A stretch of DNA of 64,000 bases, taken from the human T2T-CHM13v2.0 reference genome, Homo sapiens. The DNA lies in the NCBI RefSeq assembly GCF_009914755.1, contig NC_060940.1. One strand, written 5' to 3'. This document shows, one piece after another, positions 11,601 to 26,800 of this stretch; the first letter of the stretch is position 1; each line of letters begins with the position of its first letter. Position numbers and translations under genes: made by a program. The notes beneath the pieces are model-generated. The model was not told the origin of the DNA. It saw only the letters and a list, made by a program, of their open reading frames with translations, and made no database searches.

Positions 11601-14600
11601 TACATTCGATGATTATTCCATTCGAGTGCATTAGATGATTGCATTCGAGTCCATTCGATGATTCCATTCGATTCCATTCGATGTTGATTCTGTTCAAATC
11701 CATTCGATGATTCCACTCGATTCCAATCGATGACTCCATTTGATCCCATTCGATGATTTCCTGTGATTCCCTTTGATGATCATTCTATTTGATTCAATTC
11801 GGTGATTTCATTTCATTCCATTCAGTGATGTTTCCATTCGACTGTATTCGATGATGATTCCATTCGACTCCATTCGATTATGATTTCATTCAATTCCATT
11901 CAATAATGATTCCCTTCGAGTCCATTCGATGATTCCATTCGATTCCATTCAACGATGATTTGATTCGTTTCCATTCGATGATTCCATTTGATTCCACTTG
12001 ATGATGATTCCATTCGAGTCCATTTGATGATTCCATTCGAGTCTATTTATGTATTATATTCGTGTCCACTTCATGATTCCATTCAATTCCATTTAATGTT
12101 GATTCCATTTGATTCCATTTGATGATTCAGTTCGATTCCTTGCAATGATTCCCTACGATTCCTTTCTCTGATGATTCCATTCGATTCCATTCATTGATGA
12201 TTTCATTCGACTCCATTCGATGATGATTCCTTTCGATTCCATTTGACGATGTTTCCATTCGAGTCCATTCGATGATGATTCTATTCAATTCTGTTCTATT
12301 ATGATTCCATTCGATTTCATTCAATGCTTCTATTTGATTCCATTCGATGATGATTCCATCTCTTTCCCTTCGATGATTCCTTTTGATTCCATTCAGTGAT
12401 GATTCCATTTGATTCCATCTGATGATGATTTCACTTGATTCCTTTCAATGATGATTCAATTCAAGTCCATTCGATGATTCCATTGGAGTCCAAACGATCA
12501 TTCCGTTCGATTCCATTCAATGGTGATTCCATTCATGTCCATTCGATGAATCCATTCAATTCCATTCGATGATGACTCCATTCGAGTACATTCGATGATT
12601 CCATTTGATTCCATTTGAAGATGATTCCATTCAATTCCATTCGAAGATGATTCCATTCAATTCCATTCGATGATGATTCCGTATGAATCCATTCTCTGAT
12701 TATTCCATTCGATTCCATTCATTGACGATTCCATTCAATTCCATTCAATGATGATTCTCTTCTATTCCATTCGATGATTCCGGTCGATTCCATTCGATGA
12801 TGATTCCATTAGATTCCATTCGATTGTTGCATTCGATTCCCTTCGATGATGATTCCTTTGAATTCCATTCGATTATCATTCCGTATGAATCCATTTGATG
12901 ATTATTCCATTGGATTCCTTTCGATGATGATTCCATTCGAGTCCATTCGATGATTCTATTCGAATCCATTTGATGATTTCTTTTGATTATAGTTGTTGAT
13001 GATTCCTTTGGAGTCCATTCCATGATTCCATTCGATTCCAATCGATGATGATTCCATTAGTGTCCATTTAATGATTCCATTTGATTCCAGTCTCTGATGA
13101 TTACATTCGAGTCCATACGATGATTCCACTCAATTCCATATGATGATGATTCCATTCGATTCCATTCGATGATTCCATTCTATTCTATTCAATGGTGATT
13201 CCATTCGAGTACATTAGATGATTCCATTCGATTCCATTCAATGATGATTCTATTTGTGTCCCTTACATGGTTCCACATGATTCCATTAGATGATGATACT
13301 ATTTGAGCCCATCCAATGATTCCCTTCGATTCCATTCGATGAGGATTCCATTCGATTCAATTCATTGGTGATTCTATTCAATTCAATTCTTTGATTCCAT
13401 TCCATTCCATTCGACAATGATTCCATTCGATTTCTTTCGATGATTCCACTCGATTCCACTTGACATTGATTCCATTCGATTCCATTCAATGATTCCGTTT
13501 GATTCCAGTGGATGATGATTGCCATCGATTCCATTCGATCACTCCATTCTATTCCATTTGATGATGATTACATTCGATTCCATTTGATGATTCCATCTGA
13601 TTCTATTCGAGGATTCCATTTGATTCCATTCGATGATGATTCCATTTGAGTCCATTCGATGATTTCATTCGAGTACATCCAATGATTCCATTCGAGTCCA
13701 TTTGATGATTCCATTTGATTCCATTTGATTATGATTCTACTAGAGTCCATTCAATGACTCCATTCGAATCCATTCAACAATTCCATTCGAGTCCATTCGA
13801 AGATTCCATTTCATGATTCCATTCGAGTCCATTTAATCATTACAGTCGAGTCCGTTTGGTGATTCCACTGGATTTCTTTTGATAATGATACCATTCCATT
13901 ACTTTTGATGATGATCCCATTCAATTTCATTTGATGATGATTCCATTAGAGTCCATTCAATGATTTCATTCGAGTCCCTTCATTGATTCCATACGATTTC
14001 ATTGGATGATGACTCCATTCGAGTCCATTCGATGATTCCACTCGATTCCATTAGATGATTCCATTGGAGTCCATTTGATTGTTCCATTCGATTCCATTCG
14101 ATTCCTTTCGAAGATTATTCCATTTGAGTCCATTCGATGATGTTTCCATTCCATTCCATTCCATTCGATGATTCCGTTTGATTCCGTTCGATGATTCCCT
14201 TTGATTCCTTTCTATGATGATTCCATTCCATTCCATTCAATGATTCCATTCGAATCTATTCCATGATGATTCCTTTCGATTCCATTCGCTGATGTTTCCG
14301 TTCAATTCCATTCGATGATGATTCCATTCGATTCCATTCATTGAGGATTCCATTGGATTCCATTCAATGATGATTCCATTCTATTCCATTCAATGATTGC
14401 ATTCAATTCCATTCAATGATTATCCCCTTAGAGTAAACTCAACGATTCCATTCAATACCATTCGATGATGATTCCTTTTGAGTCCATTCAATGATTTCAT
14501 TCAAGTCCATTTGATGATTCCTTTCAATTCCATTCTATGATGATTCCATTCGAGTCCATTCGATGATTCCATTCGATTGCATTCGACGATTCCCTTATAT

Positions 14601-14704
14601 TCTATTCAACGATGATTCCATTCGAGTCCATTCGATGATTCCATTAGAGTACATTTAATGATTGCTTTGTTTTCAATTCGAAGATGATTACATTGGATTC
14701 CATT
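8670..14704 (+). repeat. HOR unit 2, variant (6035 bp = 6112 +16 +3 -91 -10 +5)
   Basis: CCGG anchors at 10415 and 16450 are 6035 apart. Indels lie at ~10745 (+16), ~11365 (+3), 12039-12920 (replacement, -91), ~13805 (-10) and ~14150 (+5), and they sum to the observed length. Confidence 0.88.
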
Positions 14705-17700
14705 CTTTGATACCATTCGATTCCATTCAATGATGATTCCACTCAAATCCATTGGATGATTCCATTCGTGTCCATTCGGTGATTTCATTAGATTCCATTC
14801 GAGGATGATTCCATTCGATGATTCCATTCAATTCCATTCGATGATGATTCCATTCCAGTCCATATGATCATTCCATTTGATTTCATTCGATGATGATTCC
14901 ATTCGATTCCATTCGACGATTCCATTCTATTCCATTCGAGGATGATTCCATTCGAGTCCATTCGATCATTCCATTCGAGTCCATTTAATGATTCCATTGG
15001 GTTCAATTCAATGATGATTACATTGGATTCCGTTCTATGATTCCATTCAATTCCGTTCATTGACAATTTGATTCCATTCGATGATGATTCCATTTGAGTT
15101 CATTCGATGATTCTATTCGATTCTCTTCGATGGTGATTCAATTCTATTATATTGGATGATTCCATTCGATTCCATTTCATGTTGATTCAATTCGATTCTA
15201 TTCGATGATGATTCCATTGGATTTCACTTGATGATTCTATTCGATTCCATTCAATGATGATTCACTTCTCGTCCATTGGATGATTCCATTTCATTCCATT
15301 CGATGATGATTCCATTCGATTCCATTCGATGATTCCATTTGATTCCATGCGACGGTGAGCAATTCGATTCAATTCCATGATGATTCTATTTGATTCAATT
15401 AGATGATGTTTCCATTCGAATCCATTCCATGATTATTCCATTGGAATCCATTCGGCGATGATTCCATATGAGTCAATTCAATGATGATTCCATATGGGTC
15501 CGTTCGATGATAATTCCATTTGATTTCATTCGATGCTTCTATTCAATTCCAGTTGATGATGATTCCGTTGGAGTCCATACGATGATTCCATTTGATTTCA
15601 TTTGATGATGATTCCATTCGATTCCATTCGATGATGATTACATTGGATTCCATTCTATGATTCCATTCAATTCCATTCGTTGATGATTCGATTCCCTTGA
15701 ATGATGATTCCACTTGAGTTCATTCAATGATTCTATTCGATTCCGTTCGATGGTGATTCAATTCTCTTATATTGGATGATTCCACTCGATTCCATTTGAT
15801 GATTATTCCATTGGAGTCCACTTAGTGAATCCTTTAGATTCTACTCGAAGATGATTCCATTCGAGTCCATTCTTTGATACCATTCAATTCCATTCGTTGA
15901 TGCTTCCATTCAAGTGCATTCGATGATATCATTCGATTCCATTTGATGATAATTCCATTTGATTCCATGCGATGATTCTATTCGATTCCATTCAATGATA
16001 ATTCCATTCACTTCAGTGGTTCCTCTGGACTCCATTTGATGATGATTCCATTCAATGATTCCATTCGATTCTATTCCAAAATGATTCCATTTGAATCCAT
16101 TTGATGATGATTCCATTAGATTCCATTTGATGATTCCATTCGATTCCATTCGACGATGATTCCATTCGATTCCATTTGATGATTCCATTCTATTCTATTC
16201 GATGATGATTCCATTCGATTCCATTCGATGATGATTGGATTCGATTCCATTTGATGACTTCATTTGATTCCATTCGTTAATGATTTCGATCAATTCCATT
16301 CGATGATTCCATTCGATTTCATTCGATAATGATTACATCCGAGTCCATTCGATGATTCCATTTGAGCCCGTTCGATAATTCCATTTGAGTCCAATCAATG
16401 ATTCCATTCATTTCCATTCAATGATTCCATTCGAGTCCATTTGATCATTCCGGTAGGGTCCATTCGATGTTGATTCCATTGGAGTGCATTCGATGATTCC
16501 ATTCGAGTCCATTTTAGGATTTGATTCGAGTCCTTTCGATGATTCCATTCGACTCCACTCGATGATGATTTCATTCGAGTCCATTCGACACTTCCAATCG
16601 ATTCCATTTGTTGTTTCCTTTCGAGTCCAATTGATGATTCCATTCAATTCCATTCGATGATGATTCCGTACGGTTCCATTCTGTGATGATTCCATGTGAT
16701 TGCATTCAATGATGATTACTTTCGATTGCATTCGATTATGATTCATTTCGTGTTCATTCTATGGTTCCACAGGTTTCCATTCGTGTCCATTCCATTATTC
16801 CATTCTATTCCATTTGATGATGATTCCATTCGATTCCATTCATTGGTGATTCCACTCAATTCCATTCAATGATTCCATTCCATTTCTTTCAACAATGATT
16901 CCATTAGTTTCTAATCGATGATCCACTTGATTCCATTTGACGACGATTCCATTCTTGTCCATTCGATGATTCCATTTGATTCCATATGATGATGATTCCA
17001 TTCGATTCCATACGATGATGATTCCATTCGAGTCCATTCAATGGTGATTCCATTCAATTCCATTCGATGATTCCTTTTGATTCCATTCGATGATGATGGC
17101 ATTCGATTCCTTTCAATCATTCCCTTTGATTCCATTCAAAGGTGATTTCATTCAAGTCCATTCGATAATTGCATTCGATTCCATTCTATGATGATTCCAT
17201 TCGAGTCCATTTGATGATTCCATTCAATTCAAGTCAATGATGATTCCATTCGATTCCATTCGATGATTCCATTGGATTCCATTCGATGATGATTCCATTC
17301 AAATCCATTCGATAATTCAATTCAAGTCCATTCGATGATGATTCCAATCGAATCCATTCAAAGATTCCATTCAGTTCCATTCGATGATTCCCTTAGATTC
17401 CATTCGATGATTCCACTTGATTGCATTTATGATGATTCCATTCGATTCCATGTGATGATTCCATTCAATTCTATTCAATGATGTCTCCATTTGATTCCAT
17501 TCGACCATGATTGCCTTTGATTCCATTCAATGATTCCATTCGGTTCCGTTTGATGATGATTCCGTTCGATTCCATTTGATGATTCCATTTGATTCCATTG
17601 GATGAGTCCATTCGATTACATTCGATGATTATTCCATTCGAGTGCATTAGATGATTCCATTCGAGTCCATTCGATGATTCCATTCGATTCCATTCGATGT

Positions 17701-20700
17701 TGATTCTGTTCAAATCCATTCGATGATTCCACTCGATTCCATTCGTTGACTCCATTTGATCCCATTCGATGATTTCCTTTGATTCCCTTTGATGATCATT
17801 CCATTTGATTCAATTCGGTGATTTCATTTGATTCCATTCAGTGATGTTTCCATTCGACTCCATTCGATGATGATTCCATTCGACTCCATTCGATTATGAT
17901 TTCATTCAATTCCATTCGATAATGATTCCCTTCGAGTCCATTCGATGATTCCATTCGATTCCATTCAACGATGATTTGATTCGTGTCCATTCGATGATTC
18001 CATTTGATTCCACTTGATGATGATTCCATTCGAGTCCATTTGATGATTCCATTCAATTCCATACTCCGATGATTTCTTTTGAGCCCACTCAATGCTTCCA
18101 CTCGATTCCATATGATGATGACTCCATTCGATGAAATTCGATGATGATTCCATTCGCTTGCTTTTGATGATGATTCCACTTGAGTCCGTTAGAAGATTCT
18201 ATTCAATTACATTCCATGACGATTCCGTTCGAGTCCATTTGATGATTCCATTAGACTCCATTCGACGATGATTCCATTCGATGTTATTCGATGATTCCAT
18301 TTGATCTCATTCGATGATGATTCCATTCAACTCCATTCGATGTTTCCATTCGAGTTCATTCTATTATTCCATTAGATTCCATTCGATGATGATTCCATTC
18401 GATTCCATTTGATGATTGCATTCTATTTCATTTGATGATGATTCCATTCGAGTCCACTCGATGATTCCATTCGAGTCCATTTAATGAATCCATTGGTTTC
18501 AATTCTATGATGATTACATTGGATTCCATTCGTTGATGATTTCATTCGGTTCCATTCAATGATGATTCCATTCAATTCCTTTCAATGTTTCCATTCAATT
18601 CCATACGATGATGATTCCATTTGATTTGATTCGACAGTGGGCCATTCGATTCAATTCCATGATGATTCTATTTGATTCAATTGGTTGACATTTCCATTCG
18701 ATTCCATTCGATGATGATTCCCTTTGATTCCGTTCAAAGATGATTCCATTCTAGCCCATTCAATCATTCCATTCGATTCTATTCAATGATGATTCCATTC
18801 ATGTCGATTTGGTGATTCCATTTGACTTCATTTGATGATGATTCCTTTCAAGTTCATTAGATGATTCCATTCGATTCCATTTGATGATGATCCCATTCGA
18901 GTCCATTCAGTGATTCCATTCGTTTCTATTCCATGATGATTCCATTCCTTTCCATTCAATGATTCCATTCGATTCCGTTTGATGATGATTTCATTCGAGT
19001 CCATTTGATGATTCCATTTGATTCCATTCGATGATGATTCCATTCGAGTCCATTCGATGATTCTATTCGAATCCATTTGATGATTTCTTTTGATTATATT
19101 TGGTGATGATTCCATTGGAGTCCATTCAATGATTCCATTCGATTCCAATCGATGATGATTCCATTAGAGTCCATTTAATGATTCCATTTGATTCCAGTCT
19201 CTGATGATTACATTCGAGTCCATACGATGATTCCACTCAATTCCATATGATGATGATTCCATTTGATTCCATTCGGTGATTCCATTCTATTCTATTCAAT
19301 GGTGATTCCATTCGAGTACATTAGATGATTCCATTCGATTCCATTCAATGATGATTCTATTTGTGTCCCTTAGATGATTCCACATGATTCCATTACATGA
19401 TGATACTATTTGAGCCCATCCAATGATTCCCTTCGATTCCATTCGATGAGGATTCCATTCGATTCAATTCATTGGTGATTCTATTCAATTCAATTCTTTG
19501 ATTCCATTCCATTCCATTCGACAATGATTCCATTCGATTTCTTTCGATGATTCCACTCGATTCCACTTGACATTGATTCCATTCGATTCCATTCAATGAT
19601 TCCATTTGATTCCAGTGGATGATGATTGCCATCGATTCCATTCGATCACTCCATTCTATTCCATTTGATGATGATTACATTCGATTCCATTTGATGATTC
19701 CATCTGATTCTATTCGAGGATTCCATTTGATTCCATTCGATGATGATTCCATTCGAGTCCATTCGATGATTTCATTCGAGTACATCCAATGATTCCATTC
19801 GAGTCCATTAGATGATTCCATTTGATTCCATTTGAAAATGATTCTACTAGAGTCCATTCAATGACTCCATTCGAGTCCATTCAACAATTCCATTCGACTC
19901 CATTCGATGATTCCATTCGATTCCATTTGATGGTTCCATTCGAGTCCATTTAATCATTACAGTCGAGTCCATTTGGTGATTCCACTGGATTTCTTTTGAT
20001 AATGATACCATTCAATTACATTTGATGATGATCCCATTCAATTTCATTGGATGATGATTCCATTAGAGTCCATTCGATGATTTCATTCGAGTCCCTTCAT
20101 TGATTCCATCCGATTTCATTGGATGATGACTCCATTCGAGTCCATTCGATGATTCCACTCGATTCCATTAGATGACTCCATTGGAGTCCATTTGATTGTT
20201 CCATTCGATTCCATTCGATTCCTTTCGAAGATTATTCCATTTGAGTCCATTCGATGATGATTCCATTCCATTCCATTCGATGATTCCGTTTGATTCCATT
20301 CGATGATTCCCTTCGATTCCTTTCTTTGATGATTCCATTCCATTCCATTCAATGATTCCATTCGAATCTATTCCATGATGATTCCTTTCGATTCCATTCG
20401 CTGATGTTTCCGTTCAATTCCATTCGATGATGATTCCATTCGATTCCATTCATTGAGGATTCCATTTGATTCCATTCAATGATGATTCCATTCTATTCCA
20501 TTCAATGATTGCATTCAATTCCATTCAATGATTATCCCATTAGAATAAACTCAACGATTCCATTCAATACCATTCGATGATGATTCCTTTTGAGTCCATT
20601 CAATGATTTCATTCAAGTCCATTTGATGATTCCTTTCAATTCCATTCTATGATGATTCCATTCGAGTCCATTCGATGATTCCATTCGATTGCATTCGATG

Positions 20701-20816
20701 ATTCCATTATATTCCATTCAACGGTGATTCCATTCGAGTCCATTCCATGATTCCATTAGAGTACATTTAATGATTGCTTTGTTTTCAATTCGAAGATGAT
20801 TACATTGGATTCCATT
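14705..20816 (+). repeat. HOR unit 3, 6112 bp (compensating -10 and +10 bp indels)
   Basis: Anchor ctttgatacc at 14705, next anchor at 20817. One ATTCCATTCG is missing near 14815 and one extra is present near 15615. Confidence 0.88.
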
Positions 20817-23800
20817 CTATGATACCATTCGATTCCATTCAATGATGATTCCACTCAAATCCATTGGATGATTCCATTCCTGTCCATTCGGTGATTTCAT
20901 TAGATTCCATTCGAGGATGATTCCATTCGATTCCATTCGATGATTCCATTCAATTCCATTCGATGATGATTCCATTCCAGTCCATATGATCATTCCATTT
21001 GATTTCATTCGATGATGATTCCATTCGATTCGATTCGACGATTCCATTCTATTCCATTCGATGATGATTCCATTCGAGTCCATTCGATGATTCCATTCGA
21101 GTCCATTTAATGATTCCATTGGGTTCAATTCAATGATGATTACATTGGATTCCGTTCTATGATTCCATTCAATTCCGTTCATTGACAATTTGATTCCATT
21201 CGATGATGATTCCATTTGAGTTCATTCGATGATTCTATTCGATTCTCTTCGATGGTGATTCAATTCTATTATATTGGATGATTCCATTCGATTCCATTTG
21301 ATGTTGATTCAATTCGATTCTATTCGATGATGATTCCATTGGATTTCACTTGATGATTCTATTCGATTCCATTCAATGATGATTCACTTCTCGTCCATTG
21401 GATGATTCCATTTCATTCCATTCGATGATGATTCCATTCGATTCCATTCGATGATTCCATTTGATTCCATGCGACGGTGAGCAATTCGATTCAATTCCAT
21501 GATGATTCTATTTGATTCAATTAGATGATGTTTCCATTCGAATCCATTCCATGATTATTCCATTGGAATCCATTCGGCGATGATTCCATATGAGTCAATT
21601 CAATGATGATTCCATATGGGTCCGTTCGATGATAATTCCATTTGATTTCATTCGATGCTTCTATTCTATTCCAGTCGATGATGATTCCGTTGGAGTCCAT
21701 ACGATGATTCCATTTGATTTCATTTGATGATGATTCCATTCGATGACGATTACATTGGATTCCATTCTATGATTCCATTCAATTCCATTCGTTGATGATT
21801 CGATTCCATTCAATGATGATTCCATTTGAGTTCATTCGATGATTCTATTCGATTCCGTTCGATGGTGATTCAATTCTATTATATTGGATGATTCCACTCG
21901 ATTCCATTTGATGATTATTCCATTGGAGTCCACTTAGTGAATCCTTTAGATTCTACTCGACGATGATTCCATTCGAGTCCATTCGATGATACCATTCAAT
22001 TCCATTCGTTGATGCTTCCATTCAAGTGCATTCGATGATATCATTCGATTCCATTTGATGATAATTCCATTTGATTCCATGCGATGATTCTATTCGATTC
22101 CATTCAATGATAATTCCATTCAATTCAGTGATTCCTCTGGACTCCATTTGATGATGATTCCATTCAATGATTCCATTCGATTCTATTCGAAAATGATTCC
22201 ATTTGAATCCATTTGATGATGATTCCATTAGATTCCATTTGATGATTCCATTCGATTCCATTCGACGATGATTCCATTCGATTCCGTTTGATGATTCCAT
22301 TCTATTCTATTCGATGATGATTCCATTCGATTCCATTCGATGATGATTGGATTCGATTCCATTGGATGATTTCATTTGATTCCATTCGTTAATGATTTCG
22401 ATCAATTCCATTCGATGATTCCATTCGATTCCATTCGATAATGATTACATCCGAGTCCATTCGATGATTCCCTTTGAGCCTGTTCGATAATTCCATTTGA
22501 GTCCAACCAATGATTCCATTCATTTCCATTCAATGATTCCATTCGAGTCCATTTGATCATTCCGGTAGGGTCCATTCGATGTTGATTCCATTGGAGTGCA
22601 TTCGATGATTCCATTCGAGTCCATTTTAGGATTTGATTCGAGTCCTTTCGATGATTCCATTCGATTCCACTCGATGATGATTTCATTCCAGTCCATTCGA
22701 CACTTCCAATCGATTCCATTTGATGATTCCATTCGAGTCCAATTGATGATTCCATTCAATTCCATTCGATGATGATTCCGTACGATTCCATTCTGTGATG
22801 ATTCCATGTGATTGCATTCAATGATGATTCCTTTCGATTGCATTCGATTATGATTCATTTCGTGTTCATTCTATGGTTCCACAGGTTTCCATTCGTGTCC
22901 ATTCCATTATTCCATTCTATTCCATTTGATGATGATTCCATTCGATTCCATTCATTGGTGATTCCACTCAATTCCATTCAATGATTCCATTCCATTTCTT
23001 TCAACAATGATTCCATTAGTTTCTAATCGATGATCCACTTGATTCCATTTGACGACGATTCCATTCTTGTCCATTCGATGATTCCATTTGATTCCATATG
23101 ATGATGATTCCATTCGATTCCATACCATGATGATTCCATTCGAGTCCATTCAATGGTGATTCCATTCAATTCCATTCGATGATTCCTTTCGATTCCATTC
23201 GATGATGATGGCATTCGATTCCTTTCAATCATTCCCTTTGATTCCATTCAAAGGTGATTTCATTCAAGTCCATTCGATAATTGCATTCGATTCCATTCTA
23301 TGATGATTCCATTCGAGTCCATTTGATGATTCCATTCAATTCAAGTCAATGATGATTCCATTCGATTCCATTCGATGATTCCATTGGATTCCATTCGATG
23401 ATGATTCCATTCAAATCCTTTCGATAATTCAATTCAAGTCCATTCGATGATGATTCCAATCGAATCCATTCAAAGATTCCATTCAGTTCCATTCGATGAT
23501 TCCCTTAGATTCCATTCGATGATTCCACTTGATTGCATTTACGATGATTCCATTCGATTCCATGTGATGATTCCATTCAATTCTATTCAATGATGTCTCC
23601 ATTTGATTCCATTCGACCATGATTGCCTTTGATTCCATTCAATGATTCCATTCGGTTCCGTTTGATGATGATTCCGTTCGATTCCATTTGATGATTCCAT
23701 TTGATTCCATTGGATGGGTCCATTCGATTACATTCGATGATTATTCCATTCGAGTGCATTAGATGATTCCATTCGAGTCCATTCGATGATTCCATTCGAT

Positions 23801-26800
23801 TCCATTCGATGTTGATTCTGTTCAAATCCATTCGATGATTCCACTCGATTCCATTCGTTGACTCCATTTGATCCCATTCGATGATTTCCTTTGATTCCCT
23901 TTGATGATCATTCCATTTGATTCAATTCGGTGATTTCATTCGATTCCATTCAGTGATGTTTCCATTCGACTCCATTCGATGATGATTCCATTCGACTCCA
24001 TTCGATTATGATTTCATTCAATTCCATTCGATAATGATTCCCTTCGAGTCCATTCGATGATTCCATTCGATTCCATTCAACGATGTTTTGATTCGTGTCC
24101 ATTCGATGATTCCATTTGATTCCACTTGATGATGATTCCATTCGAGTCCATTTGATGATTCCATTCAATTCCATACTCCGATGATTTCTTTTGAGCCCAC
24201 TCAATGCTTCCACTCGATTCCATATGATGATGACTCCATTCGATGAAATTCGATGATGATTCCATTCGCTTGCTTTCGATGATGATTCCACTTGAGTCCG
24301 TTAGAAGATTCTATTCAATTACATTCCATGACGATTCCGTTCGAGTCCATTTGATGATTCCATTAGACTCCATTCGACGATGATTCCTTTCGATGTTATT
24401 CCATGATTCCATTCGATATCAATCGATGATGATTCCATTCAACTCCATTCGATGTTTCCATTCGAGTTCATTCTATTATTGCATTAGATTCCATTCGATG
24501 ATGATTCCATTCGATTCCATTTGATGATTGCATTCTATTTCATTTGATGATGATTCCATTCGAGTCCACTCGATGATTCCATTCGAGTCCATTTAATGAA
24601 TCCATTGGTTTCAATTCTATGATGATTACATTGGATTCCATTCGTTGATGATTTCATTCGGTTCCATTCAATGATGATTCCATTCAATTCCTTTCAATGT
24701 TTCCATTCAATTCCATACGATGATGATTCCATTTGATTTGATTCGACAGTGAGCCATTCGATTCAATTCCATGATGATTCTATTTGATTCAATTGGTTGA
24801 CATTTCCATTCGATTCCATTCGATGATGATTCCCTTTGATTCCGTTCAAAGATGATTCCATTCTAGCCCATTCAATCATTCCATTCGATTCTATTCAATG
24901 ATGATTCCATTCATGTCGATTTGGTGATTCCATTTGACTTCATTTGATGATGATTCCTTTCAAGTTCATTAGATGATTCCATTCGATTCCATTTGATGAT
25001 GATCCCATTCGAGTCCATTCAGTGATTCCATTCGTTTCCATTCCATGATGATTCCATTCCTTTCCATTCAATGATTCCATTCGATTCCGTTTGATGATGA
25101 TTTCATTCGAGTCCATTTGATGATTCCATTTGATTCCATTCGATGATGATTCCATTCGAGTCCATTCGATGATTCTATTCGAATCCATTTGATGATTTCT
25201 TTTGATTATATTTGGTGATGATTCCATTGGAGTTCATTCAATGATTCCATTCGATTCCAATCGATGATGATTCCATTAGAGTCCATTTAATGATTCCATT
25301 TGATTCCAGTCTCTGATGATTACATTCGAGTCCATACGATGATTCCACTCAATTCCATATGATGATGATTCCATTTGATTCCATTCGGTGATTCCATTCT
25401 ATTCTATTCAATGGTGATTCCATTCGAGTACATTAGATGATTCCATTCGATTCCATTCAATGATGATTCTATTTGTGTCCCTTAGATGATTCCACATGAT
25501 TCCATTACATGATGATACTATTTGAGCCCATCCAATGATTCCCTTCGATTCCATTCGATGAGGATTCCATTCGATTCAATTCATTGGTGATTCTATTCAA
25601 TTCAATTCTTTGATTCCATTCCATTCCATTCGACAATGATTCCATTCGATTTCTTTCGATGATTCCACTCGATTCCACTTGACATTGATTCCATTCGATT
25701 CCATTCAATGATTCCATTTGATTCCAGTGGATGATGATTGCCATCGATTCCATTCGATCACTCCATTCTATTCCATTTGATGATGATTACATTCGATTCC
25801 ATTTGATGATTCCATCTGATTCTATTCGAGGATTCCATTTGATTCCATTCGATGATGATTCCATTCGAGTCCATTCGATGATTTCATTCGAGTACATCCA
25901 ATGATTCCATTCGAGTCCATTAGATGATTCCATTTGATTCCATTTGAAAATGATTCTACTAGAGTCCATTCAATGACTCCATTCGAGTCCATTCAACAAT
26001 TCCATTCGACTCCATTCGATGATTCCATTCGATTCCATTTGATGGTTCCATTCGAGTCCATTTAATCATTACAGTCGAGTCCATTTGGTGATTCCACTGG
26101 ATTTCTTTTGATAATGATACCATTCAATTACATTTGATGATGATCCCATTCAATTTCATTTGATGATGATTCCATTAGAGTCCATTCGATGATTTCATTC
26201 GAGTCCCTTCATTGATTCCATCCGATTTCATTGGATGATGACTCCATTCGAGTCCATTCGATGATTCCACTCGATTCCATTAGATGACTCCATTGGAGTC
26301 CATTTGATTGTTCCATTCGATTCCATTCGATTCCTTTCGAAGATTATTCCATTTGAGTCCATTCGATGATGATTCCATTCCATTCCATTCGATGATTCCG
26401 TTTGATTCCATTCGATGATTCCCTTCGATTCCTTTCTTTGATGATTTCATTCCATTCCATTCAATGATTCCATTCGAATCTATTCCATGATGATTCCTTT
26501 CGATTCCATTCGCTGATGTTTCCGTTCAATTCCATTCGATGATGATTCCATTCGATTCCATTCATTGAGGATTCCATTTGATTCCATTCAATGATGATTC
26601 CATTCTATTCCACTCAATGATTGCATTCAATTCCATACAATGATTATCCCATTAGAGTAAACTCAACGATTCCATTCAATACCATTCGATGATGATTCCT
26701 TTTGAGTCCATTCAATGATTTCATTCAAGTCCATTTGATGATTCCTTTCAATTCCATTCTATGATGATTCCATTCGAGTCCATTCGATGATTCCATTCAA

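Noticed and set aside
12039-12920. Mobile-element insertion
   Set aside because: The segment is still HSat2-type sequence with no poly-A, terminal repeats or target-site duplication. It replaces HOR sequence rather than adding to it.
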